DNA of 64,000 bases from an uncultured Gemmatimonadales bacterium (GCA_963707505.1 CAVPQB010000004.1:672001-736000), one strand, 5' to 3'. Shown: positions 20,944 to 31,015, counted from the first letter of the stretch. Translations and numbers: made by a program. Notes: generated by a model not told the origin, from the sequence alone.

Positions 20944-21984
20944 TTACTTGCTCGCTCCGAGCGCGGTGAGACGTGCGTCAAGCCGACTAACCATTGTTGC
21001 CGGAAGTGGTGCGTAGTCGAGCGATCCTGCAACCGACTCACCATTCTTATATACCCAACGCAGGAAGTTGGCGAGCGCCTTTCCCTTCACAGCATCCTTG
21101 GGATGCTCGTAAACGAGTATCCAGGTGAACGATGAGATCGGATACGCAGCCTTGCCTGGCGCGTTCACGATCGAGATGCGGTAATCGGTATTCGCGGGAA
21201 TCTTTGCCGCCGCTCCAGCCGCCGCTGCGGTAACCGATTCCAGCGTCGGTGCGACCCACTCGCCAGCCGCATTCTTGATCAGCGCAACCGGAAGCTTGTT
21301 CTGCTTCGCGTACGACAGCTCGACGTAGCCGACCGCGCCTGGAAGCTGTTTCACCTGGCCCGTAACACCTTCGCTGCCCTTGCCACCGAGTCCCACTGGC
21401 CAGTTGAGGCTCTGTCCTCTACCTACCTTGCCCGCCCATGACGTGCTGATGGTTGCGAGGTAATCGCTGAAGATGAACGTCGTGCCGCTGCCATCAGCGC
21501 GGTGTACCACTATCACGTCGGTCGATGGGAGCTTCACGCCCGGGTTGAGCGCCGCGACGCGCGAGTCGTTCCACTTCGTGATGCCGCCCATGAAGATGTC
21601 GGCGAGAACGGGACCGGTGAGCTTGAGCGGCTGCGTCACGCCCGGAAGGTTGTACGTTACGGCGACACCACCCAGAACCGTCGGGAAGTGCAGGATCGCG
21701 CCACCCTTCGCTTTGGCGAGCTGCTCGTCCGTCATAGGCCCGTCGGTCGCGCCAAAATCGACGATTCCGTCGGATAGCTGACGAATTCCACCGCTCGATC
21801 CGATCGATTGGTAGTTGATCTTCACTCCGGTTTTCTGCGCGTACATCGCGGCCCATTTGGAGTAGATCGGATACGCGAAACTCGATCCGGCGCCAGTGAG
21901 GTTGGTTGCTTGCGCGCACGCTATCGAGATGAATGCGCCTGACATCACTGCAGTCAGTGCCGCAATACGAACAGGTCGAATCAC
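20944..21984 (-). CDS. pstS: Phosphate ABC transporter substrate-binding protein
   Basis: LTGAGSSFAYP, NYQSIGSSGG, DFGATD, RADGSGTT, VGYVE, YPISSFTW; GTG start with GGAG SD. Confidence 0.96.
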   Translation of the reverse strand: MIRPVRIAALTAVMSGAFISIACAQATNLTGAGSSFAYPIYSKWAAMYAQKTGVKINYQSIGSSGGIRQLSDGIVDFGATDGPMTDEQLAKAKGGAILHFPTVLGGVAVTYNLPGVTQPLKLTGPVLADIFMGGITKWNDSRVAALNPGVKLPSTDVIVVHRADGSGTTFIFSDYLATISTSWAGKVGRGQSLNWPVGLGGKGSEGVTGQVKQLPGAVGYVELSYAKQNKLPVALIKNAAGEWVAPTLESVTAAAAGAAAKIPANTDYRISIVNAPGKAAYPISSFTWILVYEHPKDAVKGKALANFLRWVYKNGESVAGSLDYAPLPATMVSRLDARLTALGASK

Positions 21985-22057
21985 AGGGTACTCCGTGAGA
22001 GGGTTTGAACCAGCACCCAATGATCGCTAACACACATCACGGAATTCACCGCGATTC

Positions 22058-22079
22058 GGTAACGGCTATGTCACGGCTG
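22058..22079. promoter_or_regulatory. Putative Pho box upstream of pstS
   Basis: GGTAACGGCTA / TGTCACGGCTG direct repeat, 11-bp period. Confidence 0.6.
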
Positions 22080-22084
22080 ATCCA

Positions 22085-23809
22085 TCACGTCTCGCGCGGC
22101 GCCGACACGGCGGCCGGAAACGAGGCGCTCACGGTCGTGCCGCGTCCGAGCACACTCTCGGCCCGCACCGTTCCTCCGTGCGCCTCCACCAGATGCTTCA
22201 CGATCGCGAGCCCGAGCCCGGTCCCGCCCTTGTCGCGCGAGCGCGCGGAGTCGGCGCGATAAAAACGCTCGAAGATGCGCGGCAGATGCGCGGGCGCAAT
22301 CCCGACCCCGGAGTCTCTCACACCAACCACGGTGTATCCGGCCGCGTCGCGGTGAGCGAATACCGTGACCGTTCCGTGTGAAGTGTGGCGGACGGCATTC
22401 TCGACGAGATTCGAGATTACCTGACGCAACGCGGTGCGATCCGCGTACACCCAGCGTGCATCGTTGGATACCTGCGCTTCCGTTATGACGTCGTTGGCCG
22501 TAGCAACTTCGGCACTGGACGCGATCGCTTCGGCTGCGACAGCAGCGACGTCCACATTCACCGGCCGCGGAACCCAACCGCCCGACTCGATGCGCGATAG
22601 GTCCAGCAGCTCGTCCACGATGCGTTGCATGCGGGCAGTGTTGGATTGTATCAATGCTGCGAATCTGATGCGATCGCCCTCCTCGACGCCGGGCTCGCGG
22701 AGTGTCTCGGCGAATCCACCGATCACGGTGAGCGGAGTGCGCAGCTCGTGCGACACATTTGCGACGAAATCCCGCCGCATCGCTTCCAGTCTGCGTGTTC
22801 TGGTGAGGTCGGTGAGCGCGAGTACCGCGCCACCATGCGGCAACGGCCGTGCCGCTACGGCCAGCATCCGTCCCGAGATCTCCATGGGGTCGCCGTCAGA
22901 CGGTACGCCGCTCAGTGCACTCTCGAGTACGGTGTGCAGCTCGCGCTCACGTGGTATGTGATCGGCGGAGAACGGTACCTGCTCATGGATGCCCAGCATG
23001 CCGCGTGCGGCAGTATTGATGCGCAGCACGGAACGGCGAGCGCTGATTGCGAGTACGCCTTCACCGAGCGACTCCACAACGGCCGACACCAGCGCCTCGT
23101 CATCCTGCAACGCCTTGAGGCGCGCGCCGAGCTGCTCGGACAGACTGTACAGTGCGCGCGCCAGATCGCCGACCTCGCCGGGCGCCGACATCGATGGCCG
23201 GCGCGACAGGTCGCCGTCCGCGATCGCGCGCGCAACGTCGCGCAATTCGACTACCGGACGCGACACGGTGCGGGCGAAAACAATTGCGAGTAACAGCGCG
23301 ATGGCCGCGGCGGCCACACCGGCGAAGGCGACGTCGCCCAGTGCAGTATTGAATATCGTGTCGAACGACGCAGTGCTCTGCGATACGCGAGCAGCGCCCA
23401 ATTGGGCGGGTACCGCGACGTACACCTCGTCGTCGCCTTCCGATGGACTGAGCCGGCGCGACGTGCCAACCCGGCCGGCGAACGCGGCGATCACCTCCGG
23501 TCGTCCCGAGTGATTCTGCAAGCCGGCGACGCCCGCCGAGTCGAACTGCGAGTCTCCGAGCACGACTCCGTCGCGACGGATCAGCGTTACCCTGTGCCCC
23601 AGTGTTCTTCCCGCAGCGTGCGCCAGTTGCGGCGCGCTGACAGCTGGCGTCCATTGCGAGGCTACGAACTGAGCCTCGCGCGCGAGCTCGTCAGTGCGCT
23701 CGGTAGTGAGACGCCCGTGCAGCTGCCGATCCAGAATGAACGCGACCGTCAACGTCAGCGCGATGATTATTGCGAGTGACGAAAGCAGCAATCGATTGGC
23801 GAGCCTCAC
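22085..23809 (-). CDS. phoR: Phosphate-regulon sensor histidine kinase
   Basis: NHSGRPEV periplasmic motif, HAMP, PAS, DFVANVSHELRTPLT, NLVENA, RIFERFYR, GGTGLGLAIVKH. Confidence 0.9.
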   Translation of the reverse strand: MRLANRLLLSSLAIIIALTLTVAFILDRQLHGRLTTERTDELAREAQFVASQWTPAVSAPQLAHAAGRTLGHRVTLIRRDGVVLGDSQFDSAGVAGLQNHSGRPEVIAAFAGRVGTSRRLSPSEGDDEVYVAVPAQLGAARVSQSTASFDTIFNTALGDVAFAGVAAAAIALLLAIVFARTVSRPVVELRDVARAIADGDLSRRPSMSAPGEVGDLARALYSLSEQLGARLKALQDDEALVSAVVESLGEGVLAISARRSVLRINTAARGMLGIHEQVPFSADHIPRERELHTVLESALSGVPSDGDPMEISGRMLAVAARPLPHGGAVLALTDLTRTRRLEAMRRDFVANVSHELRTPLTVIGGFAETLREPGVEEGDRIRFAALIQSNTARMQRIVDELLDLSRIESGGWVPRPVNVDVAAVAAEAIASSAEVATANDVITEAQVSNDARWVYADRTALRQVISNLVENAVRHTSHGTVTVFAHRDAAGYTVVGVRDSGVGIAPAHLPRIFERFYRADSARSRDKGGTGLGLAIVKHLVEAHGGTVRAESVLGRGTTVSASFPAAVSAPRET

Positions 23810-24537
23810 ATACTCCTCGGCGGCGCCGCGTTGATTCGATAGCCAAACCCGCGCACCGTTTCGATCATGTCACCGGATGCGCCGAGCTTGGTCCGAAGTC
23901 GCTGCACGTGCATGTCCACGGTGCGTGTCTGGATGTCGGGCGCAGCCTCCCACACTGTCTCCAGCAGCAACGTGCGCGCAAGCACGCGGCCACGGCGCTC
24001 CGCCAGTGTCAGCAGCAGCTTGTATTCGGTGGGAGTGAGATCGATCAAATCGCCATCGACTCGCACTTCGTGAGCAGCGCGATCGATCCGCACTGCCCCC
24101 ACCTTTATCACGTCGCTCTGTACCGTGGCCGGTGCGCGAACCCGCCTGAGGATCGCGCCCACGCGAAGCGTCAGCTCCTGCGGCGAGAATGGCTTGGTCA
24201 GATAGTCGTCGGCGCCGAGGACCAGACCGCGCACGCGATCGGGCTCCTCTCGTCGTGCGGTGAGCATCAGAACCGCGATGTTCGCAGTAGCCGGCTCGGC
24301 GCGCAGTTTCTCGATGACGTCGAATCCCGACATTCCGGGCAGCATGAGATCGAGCACAATGAGCGCCGGCGACTCGGCGTTGGCTTTTGCCAGGGCCTCC
24401 GGCCCCGTGCTGGCCGTCGACACACCATAGCCCGCGCGAGCGAGATGGTAAGCGACAAGAGCGACTATATCCGGCTCGTCGTCGACGACCAGTATTCGCT
24501 CCGTGACTGCGCCGTTGTCGTCGTTTCCAGATATCAT
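23806..24537 (-). CDS. phoB: OmpR/PhoB-family response regulator
   Basis: ILVVDDE, LDLMLPG, GADDYLTKPFS, TRTVDMHVQRLRTKL, IETVRGFGY; coupled to phoR; start approximate. Confidence 0.9.
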   Translation of the reverse strand: MISGNDDNGAVTERILVVDDEPDIVALVAYHLARAGYGVSTASTGPEALAKANAESPALIVLDLMLPGMSGFDVIEKLRAEPATANIAVLMLTARREEPDRVRGLVLGADDYLTKPFSPQELTLRVGAILRRVRAPATVQSDVIKVGAVRIDRAAHEVRVDGDLIDLTPTEYKLLLTLAERRGRVLARTLLLETVWEAAPDIQTRTVDMHVQRLRTKLGASGDMIETVRGFGYRINAAPPRSM

Positions 24538-24586
24538 GATCGTCACCAAAGTTCGCTGCCCGGAGCCATCGACGGGAGCGCGGATC

Positions 24587-24603
24587 TGTCACGAAGGTGT
24601 ATC
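24587..24603. promoter_or_regulatory. Putative Pho box in the divergent phoB / 5'-nucleotidase intergenic region
   Basis: TGTCAC (24587) and TGTATC (24598), 11-bp period. Confidence 0.45.
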
Positions 24604-24657
24604 AACCCGGGTCGACCCGCGGTTTCGGGCCATCGCCGCCCCCAATAACTTATTGTG

Positions 24658-26334
24658 ATGTTGGGACTTACCTGTCGCGGCCTGCCGCTTTGGGCTACCG
24701 CCGCACTTCTGGCGCCAGTCGCCCTCCGGGGCATCCGTCCGGCTCAGGCCGGATGCCGTCCCGGTACGGACGTCAGTCTGCGCATCGCGGCGACGACGGA
24801 TGTGCATGGGCACATTCGTGGCTGGGACTACTATGAGAACCGTGCAGATCCCGACCGGGGACTCACCCGGGCAGCGACTATCGTCGATTCCGTCCGCCGC
24901 GCCAACCAGGGCAGGGTTATTCTCGTCGATGCCGGAGACATGCTTCAGGGCACGCCGCTCGCATACGTCGCTGCAAGGATCTCCACGACGCGACACAATC
25001 CGATCGTCGCTGCAATGAACTCGATGCGCTACGACGCCGCGGCTATCGGCAATCATGAGTTCAACTACGGCGTCTCCTATCTCGACAGCGCGGTTGCCCA
25101 GGCGCAGTTTCCGTTGCTTGCGGCGAACGTGAGTCGCGCCGGACAGCCGCATGCGTACAAATCGTTCACCATCGTTGAGCGCGCGGGTGTGCGTGTCGGA
25201 ATCGTCGGTGCGACGACGCCGGGCTCCAATCTGTGGGATTCGAGCAATCTTGCAGGAGTGAAGCTGCACGTTGGCGACATAGTGCCCGCAGTTCACGCTG
25301 CAGTCACGCAAGCACGCAACGCGGGCGCAGACGTCATCGTCGTCGTGCTGCATTCCGGACTCGACGAGCCGTCGAGTTACGACACCGTAAGCACCGGTGT
25401 CGCGAGCGAGAACGTCGCGGCGCGCGTTGCCGCCGAGATCCCGGGAATTGCCGCGGTAGTCTACGGGCACTCGCATCGTGAGAATCCTGGTCGGATGATC
25501 GGGAATACCCTCGTGATTCAGCCGAAGAACTGGGCCGGCAGCGTCGCGGTCGTGACTCTGCCGATCGCGTGCAGCGCGGGTCGCACGTGGACGAGCGCTT
25601 CGGCAACTGGCGTCCTGATCCAGAGCAAAAAGCATCCGGAGGACGCGCGCGTCGTCGCCGCGGTACGACAGGCCCATCGGGCAACAGTGCGGTATGTGAA
25701 CTCCGCAATCGGCTCGACGCCCGATGCCTGGCGCGCTGATTCCGCCCGCGTAGCCCCGACCGGAACAACGGGCTTCATTCTGGACGTGCAGCGGCGCGCC
25801 GCCAATGCCGACATCGCATCTACCGCGGCGTTCGACCTTCGCTCGAGGCTCGGCCCGGGCCGCATCACCGTCGCGCAGCTGGCGCAGTTGTATCCATATG
25901 ACAACACACTCCGCGCCATCCGCGTAAGTGGTGCGCAGTTGAAACAGTACATCGAGTTCAGCAGCCGCTACTACCGGACCCAAGCGAACCGGGCACTCGT
26001 TGTCGACACGTCGGTCGCAGGTTACAACTTCGACGTCGTAAGTGGCGTGAATTACACGATCGACGTGAGTCGGCCGGTCGGGGAGCGCGTTACAACGCTC
26101 ACCTTTCGCGGCAAGCCAGTCGCCGCGACCGACTCGTTCACCCTGGCACTGAACAACTATCGCCAGACGGGCGGCGGTGGCTACTCTATGCTTCGAGGTG
26201 CACCGGTCGTTTATGACAGACAGCAGGACATCCGCCAGCTCCTGATCGATGAGGTGCGACGCAAGCACACGCTTCATGAGTCAGATTACAACGAGCACAA
26301 CTGGTCATTCGTGAAACCTGGAACGACACATTGA
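24658..26334 (+). CDS. Secreted 5'-nucleotidase / 2',3'-cyclic-nucleotide phosphodiesterase family protein
   Basis: TTDVHG, DAGDMLQG, GNHEFNYG, HSG, GHSH, LYPYDNTL, LALNNYRQTGGGGY. Confidence 0.9.
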   Translation: MLGLTCRGLPLWATAALLAPVALRGIRPAQAGCRPGTDVSLRIAATTDVHGHIRGWDYYENRADPDRGLTRAATIVDSVRRANQGRVILVDAGDMLQGTPLAYVAARISTTRHNPIVAAMNSMRYDAAAIGNHEFNYGVSYLDSAVAQAQFPLLAANVSRAGQPHAYKSFTIVERAGVRVGIVGATTPGSNLWDSSNLAGVKLHVGDIVPAVHAAVTQARNAGADVIVVVLHSGLDEPSSYDTVSTGVASENVAARVAAEIPGIAAVVYGHSHRENPGRMIGNTLVIQPKNWAGSVAVVTLPIACSAGRTWTSASATGVLIQSKKHPEDARVVAAVRQAHRATVRYVNSAIGSTPDAWRADSARVAPTGTTGFILDVQRRAANADIASTAAFDLRSRLGPGRITVAQLAQLYPYDNTLRAIRVSGAQLKQYIEFSSRYYRTQANRALVVDTSVAGYNFDVVSGVNYTIDVSRPVGERVTTLTFRGKPVAATDSFTLALNNYRQTGGGGYSMLRGAPVVYDRQQDIRQLLIDEVRRKHTLHESDYNEHNWSFVKPGTTH

Positions 26335-26573
26335 TTTCTCCGTTCTTTATCTTCGTCGACGGCGCACCAGTCTCCGCCACCTCGGGCCAGACAACGCTCG
26401 ACGCGATTGCGGCATGGAAGCCGGAGTTGGCAACGTTGCTCGGAGATACGCGCAATCTTGCCGATAGCCGCGGCCTTCCGATCGATCCCGAGCTGCCCGC
26501 CTATGCCGGCGCAATCTTTCGCGTCGTAAGCGCTCGGCGGCCTGCCATCTCGGATGAGGCCTCGCCAGAGTGA
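26331..26573 (+). CDS. Small hypothetical protein (80 aa), possible beta-grasp fold
   Basis: Fills the gap exactly, with 4-nt overlaps at both ends (TTGA, GTGA); IFVDGAPVSATSGQTTLDAI. Confidence 0.7.
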   Translation: MISPFFIFVDGAPVSATSGQTTLDAIAAWKPELATLLGDTRNLADSRGLPIDPELPAYAGAIFRVVSARRPAISDEASPE

Positions 26574-27643
26574 CGGCGTTCAACACCAACCAACATTTCG
26601 TGGACACAGTTACTGTAGACGACCTCCGAGGCATGCCCAAAGCCGAGCTCCACTGTCACCTCGACGGCTCGCTTCGGCCCGAAACGATGCTGGACCTGGC
26701 GCGTGAGCACGGCATCACGCTCCCCCGAGAAGACGCGGGAGCGTTGCGCAAGTACATGTGCGCGGACAACGTCACTGACCTGGGCGACTACCTCCATCGC
26801 TTCGATACTACGATCTCGATTCTACAGACTGCGTGTGCGCTCGAGCGCGTTGCATACGAGCTGGTGGAAGATGCAAGCAAGGATGGTCTGCGCTACGTCG
26901 AGGTCCGCAATGCACCGCATCTCAACATTCGCGCCGGTCTCACGGTCGATGAAGTAATCGAAGCGACTCTGCGCGGACTGCAACGCGGTGAGCGTGATTT
27001 CGGAACCGTGGCGCGTTTCATCACCTGTTCGCTACGTCACTGGGATCCGGCTCGGTCACTCGAAGCCGCACAGGCCGCCGTGCGACACATGAAGTCGGGC
27101 GTCGTTGGATTCGATCTCGCAGGCGCGGAAGCCGAGTTCTCAGCAGCCGATCATGCAGAGGCATTTGCCTACGCGCGCAGGCACTTCCTCCAGGTAACGT
27201 GCCATGCTGGCGAGGCGGCCGGTCCGACGTCTATCGAAAGCGCGCTCTTCGACTGCAACGTCTCCCGCCTCGGCCACGGCGTTCGCGCAGGGGAAGACCC
27301 AGCGTTGCTCGACTATATCCGGGACCGCGGCATCACGCTTGAGATGTGTCCCACGAGCAATGAGCAGACGCATGCAGTGCCGAGCTACAGGCAGCATCCG
27401 CTCAAGCGCTATCTCGATTCCGGCGTGCGAGTCACGATCAACACCGACAGCCGTCTCATAAGCGGCGTCACCCTCACGGAGGAATACGCCAGAGCTGTGA
27501 AGGAGCTCGGCATGACGATTGCGGACCTGTGTCGCTGTGTTCTCAACGCATGCGAGGCGTCGTTTCTGCCGTTCGCCGAGCGTACACTACTCATCACGTC
27601 GGTGCGCGCAGAGCTCGCGCGCGACTGGGGATACCAATCGTGA
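26570..27643 (+). CDS. add: Adenosine deaminase
   Basis: PKAELHCHLDGSLR, GFDLAGAE, HAGEAAG, RLGHG, LEMCPTSN, INTD. Confidence 0.92.
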   Translation: MTAFNTNQHFVDTVTVDDLRGMPKAELHCHLDGSLRPETMLDLAREHGITLPREDAGALRKYMCADNVTDLGDYLHRFDTTISILQTACALERVAYELVEDASKDGLRYVEVRNAPHLNIRAGLTVDEVIEATLRGLQRGERDFGTVARFITCSLRHWDPARSLEAAQAAVRHMKSGVVGFDLAGAEAEFSAADHAEAFAYARRHFLQVTCHAGEAAGPTSIESALFDCNVSRLGHGVRAGEDPALLDYIRDRGITLEMCPTSNEQTHAVPSYRQHPLKRYLDSGVRVTINTDSRLISGVTLTEEYARAVKELGMTIADLCRCVLNACEASFLPFAERTLLITSVRAELARDWGYQS

Positions 27644-28464
27644 GACCATACGGCGGCGACGCCGCGCGTGAGGCGGCAACGAGCATCAGGCCGCTCATTG
27701 GAGACACCACGCCGTCGGTTGCGATAATACTTGGCTCCGGGCTGGGCGGTCTCGTCGACGATGTTCGCGATCACGTGACTGTACCGTACGGCGAGATCCC
27801 GGGACTTCCTGGCGTGAGCGTGGCCGGCCACGCCGGCAAGCTTGTGATTGGCGACATCGAAGGCAGAAAGGTAGCGGTGTTCGCGGGACGCTTTCATGCC
27901 TACGAGGGCCATCCGCCACAGCTCACGGCCTTTCCAGTTCGTATCGCTCACGCGCTCGGCGCGCGTACGCTATTTGTGTCGAACGCGGCCGGTGGTGTCA
28001 ACACGAGCCTGGCGGCAGGAGATCTGATGGTCATCGAAGACCATCTCAACCTTACCTTCACGTCACCACTTACAGGTTCTGCAGAGCCGGGTGAGATCCG
28101 ATTCCCCGACATGTCGGATGCGTATGATCCGGTGCTGCGTGCGCAATTGCATTCTGCCGGATCGCATCTCGGGATCGAGCTGCGCGACGGTGTTTATGCG
28201 ATGCTGCCGGGCCCTGCATACGAAACGCCGGCGGAAGTACGAATGCTTCGCACGCTCGGTGCCGATGCAGTGGGCATGTCCACAGTTCCAGAAGTCACGA
28301 TGGCGCGTATGCTGGGCCTGCGTGTGGCAGGCGTGAGCTGCATCACGAATGCTGCAGCTGGCATCGCGCACGCTCCGCTCGCTCACGCCGAAGTCCTCGA
28401 GACGACCGCACGCGTTGCCGCGCGATTTCAGGCGCTCGTGCGCGCGTTCGTGCATACGCTCTGA
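27640..28464 (+). CDS. Purine-nucleoside phosphorylase (trimeric type)
   Basis: IILGSGLG, GHAG, GRFHAYEG, SNAAGG, GPAYETPAE, DAVGMSTVPEV. Confidence 0.93.
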   Translation: MRPYGGDAAREAATSIRPLIGDTTPSVAIILGSGLGGLVDDVRDHVTVPYGEIPGLPGVSVAGHAGKLVIGDIEGRKVAVFAGRFHAYEGHPPQLTAFPVRIAHALGARTLFVSNAAGGVNTSLAAGDLMVIEDHLNLTFTSPLTGSAEPGEIRFPDMSDAYDPVLRAQLHSAGSHLGIELRDGVYAMLPGPAYETPAEVRMLRTLGADAVGMSTVPEVTMARMLGLRVAGVSCITNAAAGIAHAPLAHAEVLETTARVAARFQALVRAFVHTL

Positions 28465-28509
28465 CGTCGCGCGGACGCTGAGCGCCCGCGTTTTCGTGCA
28501 CGATCTTCG

Positions 28510-29304
28510 CTACTTGGAGATCGGTGCAGCGGGAAGCGTCGCCAGGCGGTCCTTGAATGTGTGAAAGTTCTTCGAGTCCTTGGTTAGCGACGCCAGTTGC
28601 TGGGGCGTGAGCGTGTTGATCAGTTTCTGGACGTCGGCGATGCGATCTTCTTCCAGCGGATGTGTCGCAAACCATGCGTCAACCGAGCCCGGACTCCTCT
28701 GCCGCTCATCGATCAGCGTCTGGAACATCGTCACGAGGCCTTCCGGTGATATGCCTGCCCGAACCACGTTCCTGAACCCTTCCTCGTCGGCTTCCGCCTC
28801 GTCGCCGCGGCTGAATTTCGCGAACAGCGCAGTTGCGCCAACATTGATCGCCGTGCCCGTCGCCTGGTTGTTGCACACACCGGTGAGCACGCACGCGAGC
28901 GTGATGCCGATGTTCGCGCCCTGCTCTTGTTGCATCTGCTTCACCGTATGACGCTTCACCACGTGCCCGATCTCGTGGCCCAGCACGCCAGCCAGCTCAT
29001 CCATGGTTTTCGCGCGCTCGATCAGGCCACGGTTGACGTACACGTACCCCCCCGGCACGGCGAACGCATTGACTTCCGAGCTGTTGACGACAAAGAAGTG
29101 CCAGTCGAGATCGCGGCGACTCGTCACGTGCGCGATCGAATCACCCAACACGTTGATGTAGCGTACGATCTCGGGATCGTTGACGAGCGGCAGTTGCTGC
29201 GCGATCTGCGCGGAGTACTGCTGGCCCATCTGGACTTCCTGCTGTTGACTGACTGCACAGCCGCATAGCATCACGGCCGCGATCAAAATCACTATTCGTT
29301 TCAT
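28510..29304 (-). CDS. M48-family zinc metallopeptidase lipoprotein
   Basis: Lipobox LCGC, VNAFAVPGG, LAGVLGHEIGH, EAEAD, WFATHP. Confidence 0.9.
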   Translation of the reverse strand: MKRIVILIAAVMLCGCAVSQQQEVQMGQQYSAQIAQQLPLVNDPEIVRYINVLGDSIAHVTSRRDLDWHFFVVNSSEVNAFAVPGGYVYVNRGLIERAKTMDELAGVLGHEIGHVVKRHTVKQMQQEQGANIGITLACVLTGVCNNQATGTAINVGATALFAKFSRGDEAEADEEGFRNVVRAGISPEGLVTMFQTLIDERQRSPGSVDAWFATHPLEEDRIADVQKLINTLTPQQLASLTKDSKNFHTFKDRLATLPAAPISK

Positions 29305-29386
29305 TCAGGATCTCACTGTAGATTTCCGCTGCCACCGGCAAAAGCTATTCCATGCAGATACACCAACAACCCCCAAGCCGACACTC

Positions 29387-30164
29387 GTGAAGTCACTCAC
29401 CGTCGCCCGCGATCTGCAACGCCGGCGCGCGCGTGAGCGCACGAGCCTGTTCACCGCCGAGGGCGTTCGTTGCGTCGAGGAGTTGCTGGCGTCCCCGCTG
29501 CGTATCCGCTCGGCCGTGGTCGCCCCGGGCCTCCGCGAAACCGATCGCGGCGCTGCGCTCGAAGCCGCCCTTCGCTCGGCCGCCGCCGGTCGCGGATTCG
29601 ACGTCGACGAAACGACTGACGCCGAGCTCGCCGCTGCCTCGGCAACAGATACACCGCAGGGTATCATCGTGATCGCCGAACAGCCCGAACGATCGTTCGA
29701 AAGCATCGGAAAGCCGGATTTGCTGCTTCTTCTGGATGGAATCCAGGATCCGGGGAATGTGGGGACGATTCTCCGGACCGCCCAGGCTTTCGGCGTGGCG
29801 GCGACGGTCGCGTTGCCGGGAACGGTCGACCTGTTCAACCCGAAAGTTGTGCGCGCTGCGATGGGAGCGCTGTTCTCGCACGTCGCCTTTCACGCAACCG
29901 TCGAGGGTACATTGGAGTTCCTCAGGGAGAGGGCAGTGCCGATCTGGGCCACGAGCGTCACCGGCGAGCCGGTCGATGCGCCGGTCGCATGTGCCGGGTG
30001 GCGACAGTGGTGTGGCGATCGTCGTTGGAAACGAAGGAAACGGCGTGTCGAGCGAGCTCGTCGGCGCTGCGAGTCGCACCGTCGCGATCCCGATTCGCGG
30101 CGTCGAATCACTCAACGTTGCAGTCGCGACAGGGATTCTCCTCTATGCCGTTACAAGAGTATGA
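29387..30164 (+). CDS. TrmH/SpoU RNA 2'-O-methyltransferase (apparent frameshift near 29990)
   Basis: FTAEG, TPQGI, IQDPGNVGTILRTA; second frame gives VGNEGNGVS...VESLNVAVATGILLY, stop at 30164. Confidence 0.88.
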
Positions 30165-31015
30165 GTGACGTGGTGATCGGCGCGGTCTTCGCATTTCTGA
30201 TCGGCGCGTGCATCGGCTCGTTTCTCAACGTCTGCATTGCGCGCTGGCCCGCGGGAATGTCGATAGTAAGGCCGCCCTCGCGTTGCCCGACGTGCGAGCG
30301 GCCGATTCGTGCGTACGAGAATGTTCCGATCTTCGGATGGATCGCGCTGCGTGGCCGCTGCGCTGGTTGCAAGTCGGAGATCTCAGCGCAGTACCCGCTG
30401 GTCGAGCTGCTGATTGCGCTCGTCTGGCTCGGTGCCGTTCTGTTGTTCGGTCCAACTCTGCTCGCGTTGCGCGTCGCCGTTTTCGCAACGCTCATGACCG
30501 GCATCGCGATCACCGACGCGAAGCACTACGTAATTCCCGACGGCTTCACGATCTTCGGCTTGATATGGGTGCTCGTCACCTCGTTTGCGGCCGTGTTCAT
30601 GCGCTCGCAATCGGCGTTCGCCACGCCCTACGATGCAATGATGGGCGCGCTCGCCGGTGCCGGTGCGATCGCAATCGCCGGCTGGCTGGGCGAGGCCGCG
30701 CTCAAGCGCGAGGCGATGGGCTTTGGTGACGTCACTCTGATGGCGGTCGTTGGTGCGGCGCTCGGTCCCCAACGGGCACTGCTCACGATCTTTATCGGCG
30801 CGGCAATCGGAGTCATCGTCTTTGTTGGTGTGGTGCTTCCGGTTACGCGATTTTTTGCGCGCTCGGAGAACACCGGCACCGACGGTGACGGCACGGAAGT
30901 CGCGACGCTTCCACTCGTTCCATTTGGCGTGTTTCTCGCGCCTGCTGCCATTGTCGCACTTTTCTATGGCAATGCGCTGATCCAGTGGTACTTCACTCAT
31001 TTCATCGGTCAATGA
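30161..31015 (+). CDS. pilD: Prepilin peptidase (A24)
   Basis: GSFLNVCI.R, PPSRCPTC, GRCAGC, QYPLVE, EAMGFGDV, PFGVFLA; ATGA overlap with the methylase stop. Confidence 0.88.
   Translation: MSDVVIGAVFAFLIGACIGSFLNVCIARWPAGMSIVRPPSRCPTCERPIRAYENVPIFGWIALRGRCAGCKSEISAQYPLVELLIALVWLGAVLLFGPTLLALRVAVFATLMTGIAITDAKHYVIPDGFTIFGLIWVLVTSFAAVFMRSQSAFATPYDAMMGALAGAGAIAIAGWLGEAALKREAMGFGDVTLMAVVGAALGPQRALLTIFIGAAIGVIVFVGVVLPVTRFFARSENTGTDGDGTEVATLPLVPFGVFLAPAAIVALFYGNALIQWYFTHFIGQ

Noticed and set aside
24589..26277. Long antisense ORFs (e.g. 562 aa here, 424 aa opposite purK, 362 aa opposite ffh)
   Set aside because: Shadow ORFs expected in high-GC DNA opposite well-supported genes; no recognisable motifs.
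29387..31015. 542-aa apparent fusion of RNA methyltransferase and prepilin peptidase
   Set aside because: A frameshift near 29990 explains it: the true TrmH C-terminus is in another frame ending at 30164, and the peptidase has its own ATG at 30161.
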